Shown: positions 28,977-39,118 of the stretch, one piece after another
Position numbering within the stretch: position 1 is the stretch's first letter
Layout of the letters: the number at the start of each line of letters is the position of its first letter
DNA from: Candidatus Bathyarchaeia archaeon
GTDB lineage: Archaea > Thermoproteota > Bathyarchaeia > Bathyarchaeales > Bathycorpusculaceae
Direction: 5' to 3'
Length of the DNA stretch: 64,000 bases
Assembly (NCBI GenBank): GCA_049521795.1
Contig: JBEKOM010000001.1
Span: 320,001 to 384,000 of the forward strand
Position numbers and translations under genes: made by a program
The notes under the pieces: generated by a model
What the model was told of the DNA's origin: nothing
What the model saw: only the letters and a program-made list of their open reading frames with translations
The model's database searches: none

Positions 28977-29396
28977 CTAGACAAAGAGAGTTACGTCTGC
29001 ACCTGCTGCTATGTTGAGGAATGTTGCTGCGCCGACTAGTTCATCCACTTCAGGAATCAGGGCTTCTTTTTTTATGCTGAACATTTCCATGCTCGGAGTG
29101 CAGGCGTATATCTTGAGGAGCCCCGAAGTCTTCATTCTCTTGAGCATTTCGTAAGGCGTGGGATAATTCATCTGTTTCAACCTTTCTCTCATCGGTTTTT
29201 CCATCTGCTTGTAATCGCTTGGCAAGCTTGCTTTTTCCATTGCTCCTTTGACGAGTGCTTGGAGACCCCAGAAAGTGAAGTAGAGGTGCGCTTCCCACCC
29301 CATCGACGTTGCGGTTGACCCCAATATGAACGCACAGTAGAGTTTGTCCAACGTTCCGCTCTCAACTATCAACGCTAGTTTCTTTTTTTCAGGCAT
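28977..29396 (-). CDS. DsrE2/peroxiredoxin-like sulfur carrier
   Basis: SGTLDK, YFTFWGL, IYACTPSM, VGAATFL. Confidence 0.88.
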   Translation of the reverse strand: MPEKKKLALIVESGTLDKLYCAFILGSTATSMGWEAHLYFTFWGLQALVKGAMEKASLPSDYKQMEKPMRERLKQMNYPTPYEMLKRMKTSGLLKIYACTPSMEMFSIKKEALIPEVDELVGAATFLNIAAGADVTLFV

Positions 29397-29552
29397 AAGG
29401 TCACATTCCATTTTAGGTTAAAGCGGAATATGACATATGTAATATTTAATGCTTTCTGCACCCTCTGTTGAGTTGAAGCACTAGCGCGGGCTTCTCCAAC
29501 GGTACCAAGAGTTGAAAGATTGTCTGGGGATGCTTAGAAATGAGGGTTGAAT

Positions 29553-32129
29553 TCAAATGCCGTTTTCGTATTTCGCCAGGGCAGCTATTTCGACTGGCAC
29601 CACTTTTCTGTACACGGACTCGGGTTTTCGTACAACCCCATCAACGTTCAAGAGATCTTCGACTTGTATGCCGAACTGATTTTCGTTTTCCTTGAGCAAG
29701 GGCAATATTTTCCCCCAGTCTTCTTCAGAGATCGTGCAGATTCTGCCGCCGTTAAGCTGGTCTTCACCAACTGTCTCTCTGGGGTCTCTCAGGTACACAG
29801 CGCTTGCCGCGGCGAGAGGAAACAGGTTTCCGCCTTGGTAGGGGGTTTCCTGCTCTGCGATTTTTCCGTGGTCATCAAACGTCATTCCGTTTAGAATTGT
29901 GAACCCTCTCGCTGCCATGCAGGATTCGCCCATGTAATCTTTGCATGAACCGTTGATTACGGCGGTGGCGCTTCCGACAGCGTTGATCAGCGGTCTGTCG
30001 ATCAAATCCCCTAGAATGAACGTCACTCCGCCCTTGGCGCCGTATTCAAACGCTTTTCCAGCGTCCCCGAAGATTACCAGTTTTCCTGATTTGAAGCAGT
30101 AAGCCACAGAGTCCTGGGCGCTTTCGTGAACGTAAAACTCTGGGCCGTCTGCAAAAGCTGCAAGGCAGTCGCCGACTCTTCCGTACACGTCGATCCTAAC
30201 TTTGTCTCTTGCAACGAGACCAGCTCCGAAGTTTCTCTGCCCTCTGAAGTTGTAGGCGATGAAGTTTTTCCAGCCTAGTTCGTAGGCTCTTTCAAGAAAC
30301 TGGCATGTTCCCTTTTCTCCCTCGGGCTGAAATTCAGAAGCGTCTACAATGAGAGTTTGACCCAAACGTGCTGGGCTTCTCAGGTCTTTTCTCTCTTTAA
30401 AGTTGGTCAAACAGTAATTGCTGTTCACGTTGGACCCTGCAGAATGCGCTGAATCGAAAATGTTGAAGAGTTTCTCTTCTAGCAGAGAGACAATGTCACT
30501 TCTTCTCTTGCCGCCGGTATCATATCTTCTGTCTATCAGCAGCGTAAGCGTCTCTATGACGACTGATTTCTCTTCATCTCCTTTGTCAGCGTATTTCTTC
30601 ATGATTTCTGCAAACGAACACACCTCGTCGAAACTCCAGTCTCCGATGTTCTTTGCAGCGTATGCGAGCAGGTCGGCGGCAGTCGGCCTTCCCTTAAGTC
30701 TTTCATCAAAGCTGGAAGGTCGAGGTGGACCATGAATATTTATTCTCCTGGAATGTTGCTGGCTTCTTGTGACTGTGATTGGTTTCCCAAACTTGTCGGT
30801 GCAGATGAGGTTGTTTGATTTGTCGACGGTGAAAACAAAAGCGCCTCCGTCGGTGTAGCTGCCTCCTCTGGCATACCAGTATAAGTCGCACATTGGATAG
30901 AATCTCGAGTCTTCCTTCGACAGCTCTTGTACCATCGCGTCTATTGCCTGTTTCTCGGAGGCTATGAACCCCAGTTTGACTTCTCCTTCTTGGAGTGCGA
31001 AGACCTGTGGTCTCAGCATTGACGTGTCAGTTATGCCGATTAGCTGGAACTCATTTTTGTAGGGATTGTTTCTAGCGATGATGAAGAACCATGGTCCGTC
31101 TGGAGAACTCTGAATGTGCGTTGCTTGGACAGCCTTGTAGATTGTCTTCTTATCCTCTGGAAGCATGGCAAAGTCTCTTTCAGTCGTTGGTGCAATGGCT
31201 TCAATTGCGTATTCCAGGGGGTATCCATAGATCCTCGTCAAGAGGTCCCAGTACAGAGCAGCAACCTCCGTGTCCGTTAAGAATAGGGGGAAAATCTCTC
31301 TCTGCTTGAGGTATTCTGTTATTGAGTGATAATTTGCAAAATCGCCGTTGTGAACCAAAGCATCGTGCAAGCCTATGAATGGGTGGGAACCGCCGGGATG
31401 CCAGATTTTTCCCTTCGTCGGGTATCTTTGATGTCCAATCCAAATGTGTGCCTCAAACTCTTCAAGTTGATAGTACCGCAGAACCTGTTCAGCGTATCCT
31501 ACAATTTTGAAAACGACCATGTTTTTTCCATGAGAAAGAACGAAGGCTTCCTTTTCGCCCAGAGAAGCGTAATATTCTTTGTTGAGGGCAAAACTGTTTC
31601 TGTAGATGAACTCGTCCTCTGCTCTTCCAGATTCGAACCCTTCTAACTCATTCTTCTCGATGAATTGTCTTAGTTTGTTTTCTTTTGCTCTTACGAAATA
31701 TCTCCAAACCTCTGGAGGTCTTACTTCTAGACCTATGCTTGTGTGGTTCTCGATCACGGGGATTTTCTCTACGTGCTCAACGTTGAGGTTGGAGTTTATG
31801 AATTGAGATTCAACTTCCCCTCTTGATTTTGGGTCAATGTAGGCTATTTGCAATATGTAATCTTCTTCCAGGACCCTCTGCGAAACGCCTAGTTGTTTCG
31901 CAGAAAGACCGACCGCCGCTATGCCGCCGCCCTTACCGTTTCCCCTGTTGTGCATCTGAATAAGTGGCCTCAGTAAGTGTCTTCCTTTTATCGGGACGGA
32001 GCTGGCCACTCCGAGGACGCCGCATCCCCCTTCAGCCACTTTCTCATAGACCAGATCATTGGAGTGGTCTGCACCGCACTCTTTCCTTGGAACATTTGGA
32101 TTTTGATCGTTTCTATCCACAGCTGTCAC
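29553..32129 (-). CDS. Glutamate synthase-like amidotransferase (GltB1) fused to a GXGXG (GltB3) domain; start 32129 or 32120
   Basis: EGGCGV, MHNRGNGKGGG, HQRYPT, HPGGSHPF, VHNGDFANY, TDTEV; C-terminal beta-helix repeats. GTGA overlap with the upstream gene. Confidence 0.85.
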   Translation of the reverse strand: MTAVDRNDQNPNVPRKECGADHSNDLVYEKVAEGGCGVLGVASSVPIKGRHLLRPLIQMHNRGNGKGGGIAAVGLSAKQLGVSQRVLEEDYILQIAYIDPKSRGEVESQFINSNLNVEHVEKIPVIENHTSIGLEVRPPEVWRYFVRAKENKLRQFIEKNELEGFESGRAEDEFIYRNSFALNKEYYASLGEKEAFVLSHGKNMVVFKIVGYAEQVLRYYQLEEFEAHIWIGHQRYPTKGKIWHPGGSHPFIGLHDALVHNGDFANYHSITEYLKQREIFPLFLTDTEVAALYWDLLTRIYGYPLEYAIEAIAPTTERDFAMLPEDKKTIYKAVQATHIQSSPDGPWFFIIARNNPYKNEFQLIGITDTSMLRPQVFALQEGEVKLGFIASEKQAIDAMVQELSKEDSRFYPMCDLYWYARGGSYTDGGAFVFTVDKSNNLICTDKFGKPITVTRSQQHSRRINIHGPPRPSSFDERLKGRPTAADLLAYAAKNIGDWSFDEVCSFAEIMKKYADKGDEEKSVVIETLTLLIDRRYDTGGKRRSDIVSLLEEKLFNIFDSAHSAGSNVNSNYCLTNFKERKDLRSPARLGQTLIVDASEFQPEGEKGTCQFLERAYELGWKNFIAYNFRGQRNFGAGLVARDKVRIDVYGRVGDCLAAFADGPEFYVHESAQDSVAYCFKSGKLVIFGDAGKAFEYGAKGGVTFILGDLIDRPLINAVGSATAVINGSCKDYMGESCMAARGFTILNGMTFDDHGKIAEQETPYQGGNLFPLAAASAVYLRDPRETVGEDQLNGGRICTISEEDWGKILPLLKENENQFGIQVEDLLNVDGVVRKPESVYRKVVPVEIAALAKYENGI

Positions 32130-33676
32130 CTCAAATGGTCGAGATGAACCATGTGTCCAGTTCTGCCTTTTTTGAACTTCACTTCGTCGCGGGGTCGAAG
32201 TTCTCGGATGCTCTCTAAACCCAGCTTCCCCAGAATGTAGCTCCACTGCCCCTTCCATGCGCTGTAAAGGTTGATTATTCTTTGAGAACCCCAGTCCACG
32301 TCGATGAAATACTTAAGCGCCGCGTCCGTTGTGGCTATACCAGCCGGGCAGCCTTTTCCTCTCTCGCAGTTTTCACATCTCTTGCATCCGAGTGCGATCA
32401 GTTCCGCTGTTCCGATTACCGCTCCATCAGCTCCTAAAGCTATAGCCTTAGCAACGTCAAACGCCGTCCTAATCCCACCGCTGGCCATTATCGTTATCTC
32501 GTCTCTGACTCCTTCTCTTACCAAGTAGTTGTGAACGATTGGGATTGCATACTCAACCGGCATAGCAATGTTTTTCTTAGCTATGTCAGGGGCTGCCCCT
32601 GTTCCGCCGTACCCGCCGTCTATTTGCAGAATGTGGGCTCCCGCGTAATAGCTGCCGATCGCTACCATGTCAACGTCTGTGGGAGTTGAAACTTTCACAG
32701 AAATCAGGGCTTGAGGGTTTATGTCTTCCATCAATTGAACGTGTCTGTAGTGATCTTCAACAGAGTAAACGTTGTGAAAGGGGAATGGAGAAAACAGACT
32801 TATGTAGGGGACTACCTCGCGTATTCGCGCGACATCAGGGGTGACCTTGTCAGCAAGTAAGTGTCCTCCCAGGCCGGGTTTCGCGCCCTGCGCGTATTTC
32901 AGAACGATAATCTTTGTTCTCTTAACAGTGCTGGCGTTCACCCCGAAGTGGCCAGTGGCAACTTGCGTTATGACGTGATTCTTGTACTGGATTAACTCGT
33001 CAGGGTAGCCGCCTTCACCCGTGCTGGTGAAGGTGTTCCAGGCCTCAGCTGCTTTGGCTCTTGCAAGCATCACGTTCAAGCTCACGGAGCCATAGGACAT
33101 GTCACCGCCGTAGACTGGAATGGGAATCTTGATGTCTGGTCGTCCATCATTTCTCTTGTTCAGAACTATTGAGGTGTCCCTGTCCTCTTCGTTATACAGC
33201 TCGTCGTCGCAGAGTCCTTTGTCATGCAGTTCAAAATCAAATCGCAGCTTGTCAAAACCTCCTCCAGAGCCTCCGACTCTGTGCTCGTATTTTTTTGATA
33301 CGTTTCCGACTTCAGCCTGTTCCCAAGTTGACATTACCAAGTCAGCGGTCCATCGTAGGTCGCCGAGGGCAAGGTACTGTGGGCTGAGTTTAACGGACAA
33401 AGCCTTGTCTGGGCACTCGTTCACGCATCGGTTACAAGAAAAGCCTTCACAAGAAATCTTTGGAACGGCTAGGCGCAGGTATCCACTGGGCTTCTTGTAA
33501 GCTTCATAATCGATCGATGAAGATCCTATGCACGATGGGCAGACTTCGGCGCATTTTCCGCACATTGAGCATTTGGACCTGTCCATTATCACTTCATACT
33601 TTTCTATTGAGCTTGGAAATTGAAAAGGGGCGGGTTTTACTTCTGGCGTTTGAGAAAGAAGTTCTTTTTGCATCAT
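32126..33676 (-). CDS. Glutamate synthase FMN-binding subunit (GltB2) with ferredoxin domain
   Basis: CxxCxxCxxxC, MSYGS, TGEGG, QVATGHFGV, KYAQGAKPGLGGHL, DGGYGGTGAA, CKRCENCERGKGCPAGIAT. Confidence 0.92.
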   Translation of the reverse strand: MMQKELLSQTPEVKPAPFQFPSSIEKYEVIMDRSKCSMCGKCAEVCPSCIGSSSIDYEAYKKPSGYLRLAVPKISCEGFSCNRCVNECPDKALSVKLSPQYLALGDLRWTADLVMSTWEQAEVGNVSKKYEHRVGGSGGGFDKLRFDFELHDKGLCDDELYNEEDRDTSIVLNKRNDGRPDIKIPIPVYGGDMSYGSVSLNVMLARAKAAEAWNTFTSTGEGGYPDELIQYKNHVITQVATGHFGVNASTVKRTKIIVLKYAQGAKPGLGGHLLADKVTPDVARIREVVPYISLFSPFPFHNVYSVEDHYRHVQLMEDINPQALISVKVSTPTDVDMVAIGSYYAGAHILQIDGGYGGTGAAPDIAKKNIAMPVEYAIPIVHNYLVREGVRDEITIMASGGIRTAFDVAKAIALGADGAVIGTAELIALGCKRCENCERGKGCPAGIATTDAALKYFIDVDWGSQRIINLYSAWKGQWSYILGKLGLESIRELRPRDEVKFKKGRTGHMVHLDHLR

Positions 33677-35058
33677 TCTTTGTCACCGAAAATCTTTGTT
33701 TCAAGGTCCTCATAGAACATCGCTCTGCCAAGCTCGCCTGTTTGTCTTCTGACTTCTCGCAAGCCCATTCCTCCGAGCACTTCCAGCAGTTGGTCCCTCC
33801 ATGAGCCGACCAGGTTTGTGATTCTCTGGGTTGCCAGTTCCACGTCTCCATCTTCCAGATTCATCGGGCAGTCTTGGCTGTGCTTATTTCCATGGCAGAC
33901 TTTGCATCCGAGGGCGATTTGGTATGCTATTCCGACCGCGACAGCATTGGCCCCGAGAATTATGGATTTAGGAACATGGGCTGCCTCCGCTATTCCTCCG
34001 CTGGAGACTAGAGTGATCTTGTCCCGATTGCGTTTGTCGACGAGATGTGAGTGAACAGAGAGAATGGCTCTTTTTATTTCGTCAGGGTCTCGCTCGACAG
34101 CTCCGTCGTCAACGTGAAGGTGAAGGATGTCGCCTCCCATCTCAGCAATTGCATCCGCTCTTTCGGGCGCCTCTTTATCATAAGACAAGTAGAAAGAGAC
34201 TAACACTGAAGGATTGGTCGCTTTGACCTTCTTTAACTGATCCTTCATGTCGTCATCCTTAAAGTCAACTTCAACGATCTGCGACGTTTTGATCAGATCT
34301 TCAAACTCATCTATTGCATCTGAGTTAATTCTGGGTATCAGATTTGCTTTGTAACGAGCTAGGCCGGAGGAATATTCTCTTGCGTTCACTATGGCAAATG
34401 TCTTGAGCCCAGTGGCAGCCTTTGCCAAAGCTAATTGGAGACTCTGACCTGTTTCGCAACTGAGCGGAGCATCAAAAATCATGGGTATAGGAATCTCTAC
34501 AGTTTTGGGAACGTTGGAAACCAGCTTCTCATTCTCATCAAACTCAAGGGATTGGAGTCTTCTTCCCAAATCTACCGAAGTCGAAATGTACTCTCTACCG
34601 TGAATTCCATCCCTTGTCGGTCTAACTATCTCTGAAAAATCGAACCAGATGCTGTCAAAACCCTCTCCCGCGAAAGGCCCGGTATAACCGGCGCCAGAAA
34701 CAGGAACCCTGCCGGTTTCTGCTTCAAAGTAGATCGTCTTTATTCTTTCTGGAGAAAAATAGGAATTTCCTAATTTTCCAAATTGAGGGTTGATTCCGAT
34801 CGAAATGGCGCCCTTTGGACATTTTAAGACACACATGTAACATCCCCTGCACAGATCTTGGATAGGCTCTGCAATCTGCTCGCCCTCGGTCGCTTCGTGA
34901 ACACCGTATATGCAAGCTTGGGTGCATTCCTGAGCATTTGTGCAGTTGTTATAGCGATTGACTATGTACTTTGGAGGCAATTTGATTTTTGGCGGTGCAT
35001 CTTTCACCGTTATGTGGTATCTTTCGTAGACGGATTTCATTAAGAGCACCTGGTCCAA
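33673..35058 (-). CDS. Second, divergent GltB2-like subunit with 4Fe-4S domain
   Basis: CRGCYMCVLKCP, EIVRPTRDGIHGRE, SSGGI..AAHVPKSI.LGA; lacks the QGAKPG motif. Confidence 0.8.
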   Translation of the reverse strand: MDQVLLMKSVYERYHITVKDAPPKIKLPPKYIVNRYNNCTNAQECTQACIYGVHEATEGEQIAEPIQDLCRGCYMCVLKCPKGAISIGINPQFGKLGNSYFSPERIKTIYFEAETGRVPVSGAGYTGPFAGEGFDSIWFDFSEIVRPTRDGIHGREYISTSVDLGRRLQSLEFDENEKLVSNVPKTVEIPIPMIFDAPLSCETGQSLQLALAKAATGLKTFAIVNAREYSSGLARYKANLIPRINSDAIDEFEDLIKTSQIVEVDFKDDDMKDQLKKVKATNPSVLVSFYLSYDKEAPERADAIAEMGGDILHLHVDDGAVERDPDEIKRAILSVHSHLVDKRNRDKITLVSSGGIAEAAHVPKSIILGANAVAVGIAYQIALGCKVCHGNKHSQDCPMNLEDGDVELATQRITNLVGSWRDQLLEVLGGMGLREVRRQTGELGRAMFYEDLETKIFGDKE

Positions 35059-35340
35059 GAGTCGCAGTTCGGGATTGTTTGAAGCCTAATGTGTGTCATG
35101 GTGTTACCTTAATGTGCAAATTAATAATATATTGAAGTTGGGATGTACACATAAAAACTTTATTGCCATTTTGGAAGTCAAATGTTAAGCAAACAATGTG
35201 AATATTGGATGAACGTACAGTAACGCTTCTTTAACCAAGCATTGGACGGAACAAACGTCAAAATCTTCGTTGACTGCTGATGTTAAACTTTCGTTCAAGC
35301 TCTCGATTTAGTGATGGATGCGGATTGGATTTTCATAGTT

Positions 35341-36330
35341 TCATAGGTCGTGAATTACCCCCGGTGTTTTGGGAAAAACCTGCGTCTCTCCGATGTGCTT
35401 GGCTCCAACTATCCAGCTGACGAGTCTTTCTATGCCTATTCCAGCGCCGGCTGAGGGTTTCAGTCTTCCCTCTTTGGCGAGTTTCAGCAACAGCTTGTAG
35501 TTCTCCTTTCTCACGCCGTCTCTATCCATTTTTAGGGCCATCTTATCGTATTCGAACTCCCTTTTTGCACCGGACAAGACCTCTCCGTATCCCGGCAGGT
35601 ACAGGTCGTAGTTGTCCCATTTGCCGCTCTCGAGGTCCTCAAAATCGTAGAATTCTCGGGGAATGTTAGTCACCCAAACAGGGTCCTCAGTTTTGTACGG
35701 TATCTGGAGTTCCCATCCTGTTCCATAGTCCTCTTCAAGCTCTGCCCTATCGCAAACTCTGAAAGGTGTTCTTGGTGTTTTTAAACCGTCATTTTCTCTC
35801 AGAAAGAGCAGCTCGTCCTTCATGTTCGTTTTCAAACTTTCTATCAGTCGCCAAACGATTGTTTCGACCAAGCTTCTGACATCCTGTGATGTCGTGTTTC
35901 TGGCTTCGAAATCGAGTTGAGTGAACTCGTAGGCGTGCATTCCGGTGGCTGCCCTTTCACTTTTTTCTATCCTTACGTTTGGGGAAAGTATGAATAGTTT
36001 AGGAACGGCTAAGGAGCAAGCGACCATCTTGTGGATTATCATGCTTGTTGTTGTTCTGACTGTTTTCCCGTAGATTTCGACCTCGATGCGTTTTTCAATG
36101 GATGCGCATGAATCTGGCCACAGAGGATCCGTTGACTGCGAAAATATGACCGGTAACATCCATTCAAAGTCGTTATCCGTGAATTCTTGAGTGAGGTACT
36201 TTAAAGTGTAAGTCATGATCCTGCTAATTCGCTGCTTTCGTTGAATTTCATATTCAGACAACTCTTCCAAGGGCTTGGGCAACTCGGCAACCGTAAGACT
36301 TCGCTGCGGACAGAAACGTTTTTCACTCAT
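35341..36330 (-). CDS. Archaeal asparagine synthetase (AsnRS2/AS-AR type, aaRS catalytic core without anticodon domain)
   Basis: TDPLWPD, SMIIHK, SPNVRIE, HAYEFTQLDFE, GEVLSG.KRE, SAGAGIGIERL. Confidence 0.9.
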   Translation of the reverse strand: MSEKRFCPQRSLTVAELPKPLEELSEYEIQRKQRISRIMTYTLKYLTQEFTDNDFEWMLPVIFSQSTDPLWPDSCASIEKRIEVEIYGKTVRTTTSMIIHKMVACSLAVPKLFILSPNVRIEKSERAATGMHAYEFTQLDFEARNTTSQDVRSLVETIVWRLIESLKTNMKDELLFLRENDGLKTPRTPFRVCDRAELEEDYGTGWELQIPYKTEDPVWVTNIPREFYDFEDLESGKWDNYDLYLPGYGEVLSGAKREFEYDKMALKMDRDGVRKENYKLLLKLAKEGRLKPSAGAGIGIERLVSWIVGAKHIGETQVFPKTPGVIHDL

Positions 36331-36491
36331 CCAACCATCTTCTTGGTTTCGGCACATCTTGTTAACACAGATTAACCAGCCTTAATGCCTGTAAGAAAGA
36401 GTGCGCTGGGTAATAAATTTTTTATAAGAAAAATTGGAATTTTCTCAGAAAAAGATAGCTTTTTATGCCAATAGATGTAATAATTACAAAT

Positions 36492-36992
36492 ATGGAAGCG
36501 AAGCTCGACGAGAAAGATGTAGCAATCTTGACGCTTATACAAAGAGACTGCAAACTCACGGCAAGGGAGATCGCGAGAAGAGTTGACTCGCCGATAACGA
36601 CTGTTTTTGCGAAGATAAAGCGCATGGAAGAGCTGGGCATCATCAAAGGGTGCAAGGCAATTTTGGATTCGACAAAGCTTGACCGCGGTGCAACCGCTTT
36701 CATTTTGGCTTCCGTTTCTTATGAAACGAAAAATGATGGTACTCAAGTCTCTCAGAGGAGCATGGCCAAAGACATCGCAAGGTTTCCAGAGGTCCAAGAA
36801 GTTCACATAATTACAGGGGATTGGGATCTGCTGATAAAAGTCAAAGGCAAAGATGTGGACGCGGTTGGAAAATTTGTTATTGACAGGTTAAGGATGGTCA
36901 GGGGAATAGAGAAAACCCTAACGTGCATGGTTTTCGAAACTTGCAAGGAAACCACAGAAATAGACGTTGATCCAAAACTCATTAAAGGGTAG
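36492..36992 (+). CDS. Lrp/AsnC regulator, divergent from the Asn synthetase gene
   Basis: LDEKDVAIL, TVFAKIKRMEELGII, EVHIITGDWDLLIKV. Confidence 0.92.
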   Translation: MEAKLDEKDVAILTLIQRDCKLTAREIARRVDSPITTVFAKIKRMEELGIIKGCKAILDSTKLDRGATAFILASVSYETKNDGTQVSQRSMAKDIARFPEVQEVHIITGDWDLLIKVKGKDVDAVGKFVIDRLRMVRGIEKTLTCMVFETCKETTEIDVDPKLIKG

Positions 36993-37230
36993 CGTCCGCA
37001 GCGCGCTTTTAGTTTGTCTCCACCGATTAGTCTTGGCTTGAATGCGAAACTGAAGTCTTTGACTTTTCTCACCGTTGCGGACAGAAGCCTGGCAGCGTCT
37101 GCGACATCATTTGCATCCAGCACTTCGTACGAATAAGCAGGGTGAAACCTCGCCCGACACGGCTAGCCTCCCGCTCTCACTGTTTATATGTTTTGTTGAT
37201 ACATTCTGTTTATACACGAGGGCGAAGCAC

Positions 37231-37566
37231 ATGCCCAAAGAGTTTAAGGCCTTCAGGTTTAACTCTCAACTCTACGCGAGTTTTAAGGAGTTAGCATCCA
37301 AGAACGGCTACACTGTCACCGGCGCTCTGGAGAAGTTCATGAGCTCCGCTGTTGAACACGGCCTGGTTTTTCCGTCAACCGCCCAGCTTGAAGATGTGGA
37401 GCGTGAAGCCAGGATTATGCTGACGTGGCTCCGAAAAGGCGATAACTGGGTCAATCTCGACGGCAAAGAAGAAACGAGCACAAAAGGTAGACTATTGGCC
37501 CTGCTTACGAAAGTCAAGGATGCCGCGTTGAAAACGCAGATTACAGAGGCTCTTGAGAAATCCTAG
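37231..37566 (+). CDS. Small protein with ribbon-helix-helix-like N-terminus
   Basis: KAFRFNSQLYASFKELASKNGYTVTGALEKFM; TATA TTTATA at 37209; next to the tRNA-Glu 3' flank. Confidence 0.6.
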   Translation: MPKEFKAFRFNSQLYASFKELASKNGYTVTGALEKFMSSAVEHGLVFPSTAQLEDVEREARIMLTWLRKGDNWVNLDGKEETSTKGRLLALLTKVKDAALKTQITEALEKS

Positions 37567-37812
37567 CGAGTTGCACTTTCAGCCTGCAACTCTCCAATCC
37601 AAAAGCTCTCAACTCCTGAGGTTCTCACACACGCTAGTTATTTCCCGCAAAACGATAGTTCCTAGAGAAGTCTGAACCGAGGGTTCGAAGCTCAAACTAT
37701 CGTTCCCAATGTTTTTATTAGTAAACGCGTCCTCCGATTTTGACCATGCTTTCAGAGCAGCTCAAATTAGACTTCTGTAGCTAAAATAACCTCATAATAT
37801 GCTTGAACTTGA

Positions 37813-37890
37813 TGGTGCTCCGGCCGGGATTTGGACCCGGGTCTCCGGCTCGAAAGGCCGGAATACTTAACCGGGCTATACTACCGGAGC
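37813..37890 (-). tRNA. tRNA-Glu(UUC), intronless, CCA encoded
   Basis: GCTCCGG acceptor stem, anticodon arm CCGGC-CTTTCGA-GCCGG, T-arm CCGGG-TCCAAAT-CCCGG. Confidence 0.95.
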
Positions 37891-37938
37891 GCTTTAGCCC
37901 GATGCATCATCCAGAGTATTTCTTCGTTCGAATAAAGG

Positions 37939-39111
37939 TTACCGTTGGAATGCTGCTCTCAAGCACTCTTTCATCGGGCTAAGGATTGTTTCCGCTTTAC
38001 TTAGCGTTGGCGCGTAGTAAGCTGTTTTCGCGGAGTTGGTCATGATGGTCTCTATGCCGAGTTTTTCGGTCCAGGAAACGACCGTGCACACGCCCGCCAA
38101 CACTTGGCCTCCGCTTCTCTCTATTTCGTTGACGTAGTCTTTGGCGGCTTCTTTGATGTGGCTTGAGGTGCAGACCCAGAACTCTGTTTCATGCTTTACT
38201 TTCTTTCCCTGAACGGTTTGAGCGATTTGTTTCATCTCGGCTAGGGAGCAGTGTGGGCATCCTATGAAGACTAGGTCACACTTCTTGCACGATGCGGTTG
38301 ACAATTCTTCGACCGTGCGTCTTATGTCCTTGGCTACTACGTTTATTCTTTCAATTCCTTTTGTCTCTGACCGTGCGTTACAGCGAAACATGTTTGTCAT
38401 GCCTGTCGTGGCCACAGCGGCGCTTAGCTGTTTTAAGCTATCTTTTGAGGTTTTTTTCAGGCCTTGAATGATGGGAATCTTGTCTCTCAGCATCTTGCCT
38501 AGAAGGATTCCTAAAGCTCCGAACTCTGTCTCGTTCTGCATTTGGGTTTCAACGTTTACTAGGAGGTTTGGTTGTCGGTTCTCAGCTCTGTGCATTCCGT
38601 AGTCTGGAGTTTTGCCCATCAATGCTGCGGCGAGTGCGCTTGGTCCGCCCTCGCGGTTTGTCCATGCGCCGAGAACAGAGTTGGCGTAGACTACGGCTGA
38701 GGATTCGGCCCATGCAAGGTGAGACTCATGTTTCGGCTTTTCTAGGTAGTATGGCGTGCACGTTAGGGATTTTGTTGTGCCCATTCTTTCAAACTGTTTG
38801 AGGATGTTGAGTTGTTTCTCGCGCAGAGTCTTGGGCAACCTTTTTGCCAGGTGTTCTGGGTCGAGGCTCTGCGGGTTGAGTGTGGTTTTGACTTTTACCT
38901 TGGCACCGGCACCTGCTAACGCCCGGAGGAACTCTACTGGGGCGTCGCCTAACGTTTTGTATGAGACGCCGGAAACGTGCGCTGAGCTTATCGGGATCAG
39001 CTTTTCAGCGTTGAACAGGTCGCCTAGACGGGTGAGTATTTTCATGCAGGTCTGGTTTGCCCATCCGCGTTCGCCGTTGAGGATTCGTTCCTCTTCTTTA
39101 GTCAAGTACAC
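37939..39111 (-). CDS. Aconitase X large subunit (phosphomevalonate dehydratase)
   Basis: MYLTKEEE, AHVSGVSYKTLG, TCTPY, WAESSAVVYANSVLGA.TNREGG, IGCPHCS, TNSAK. Confidence 0.92.
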   Translation of the reverse strand: MYLTKEEERILNGERGWANQTCMKILTRLGDLFNAEKLIPISSAHVSGVSYKTLGDAPVEFLRALAGAGAKVKVKTTLNPQSLDPEHLAKRLPKTLREKQLNILKQFERMGTTKSLTCTPYYLEKPKHESHLAWAESSAVVYANSVLGAWTNREGGPSALAAALMGKTPDYGMHRAENRQPNLLVNVETQMQNETEFGALGILLGKMLRDKIPIIQGLKKTSKDSLKQLSAAVATTGMTNMFRCNARSETKGIERINVVAKDIRRTVEELSTASCKKCDLVFIGCPHCSLAEMKQIAQTVQGKKVKHETEFWVCTSSHIKEAAKDYVNEIERSGGQVLAGVCTVVSWTEKLGIETIMTNSAKTAYYAPTLSKAETILSPMKECLRAAFQR

Positions 39112-39118
39112 GTGTTTG

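Noticed and set aside
32130-32258. Long overlap of the 901-aa ORF with the upstream gltB2 gene
   Set aside because: A GTGA overlap at 32126-32129 or the GTG at 32120 after GAGGTGA gives a normal start.
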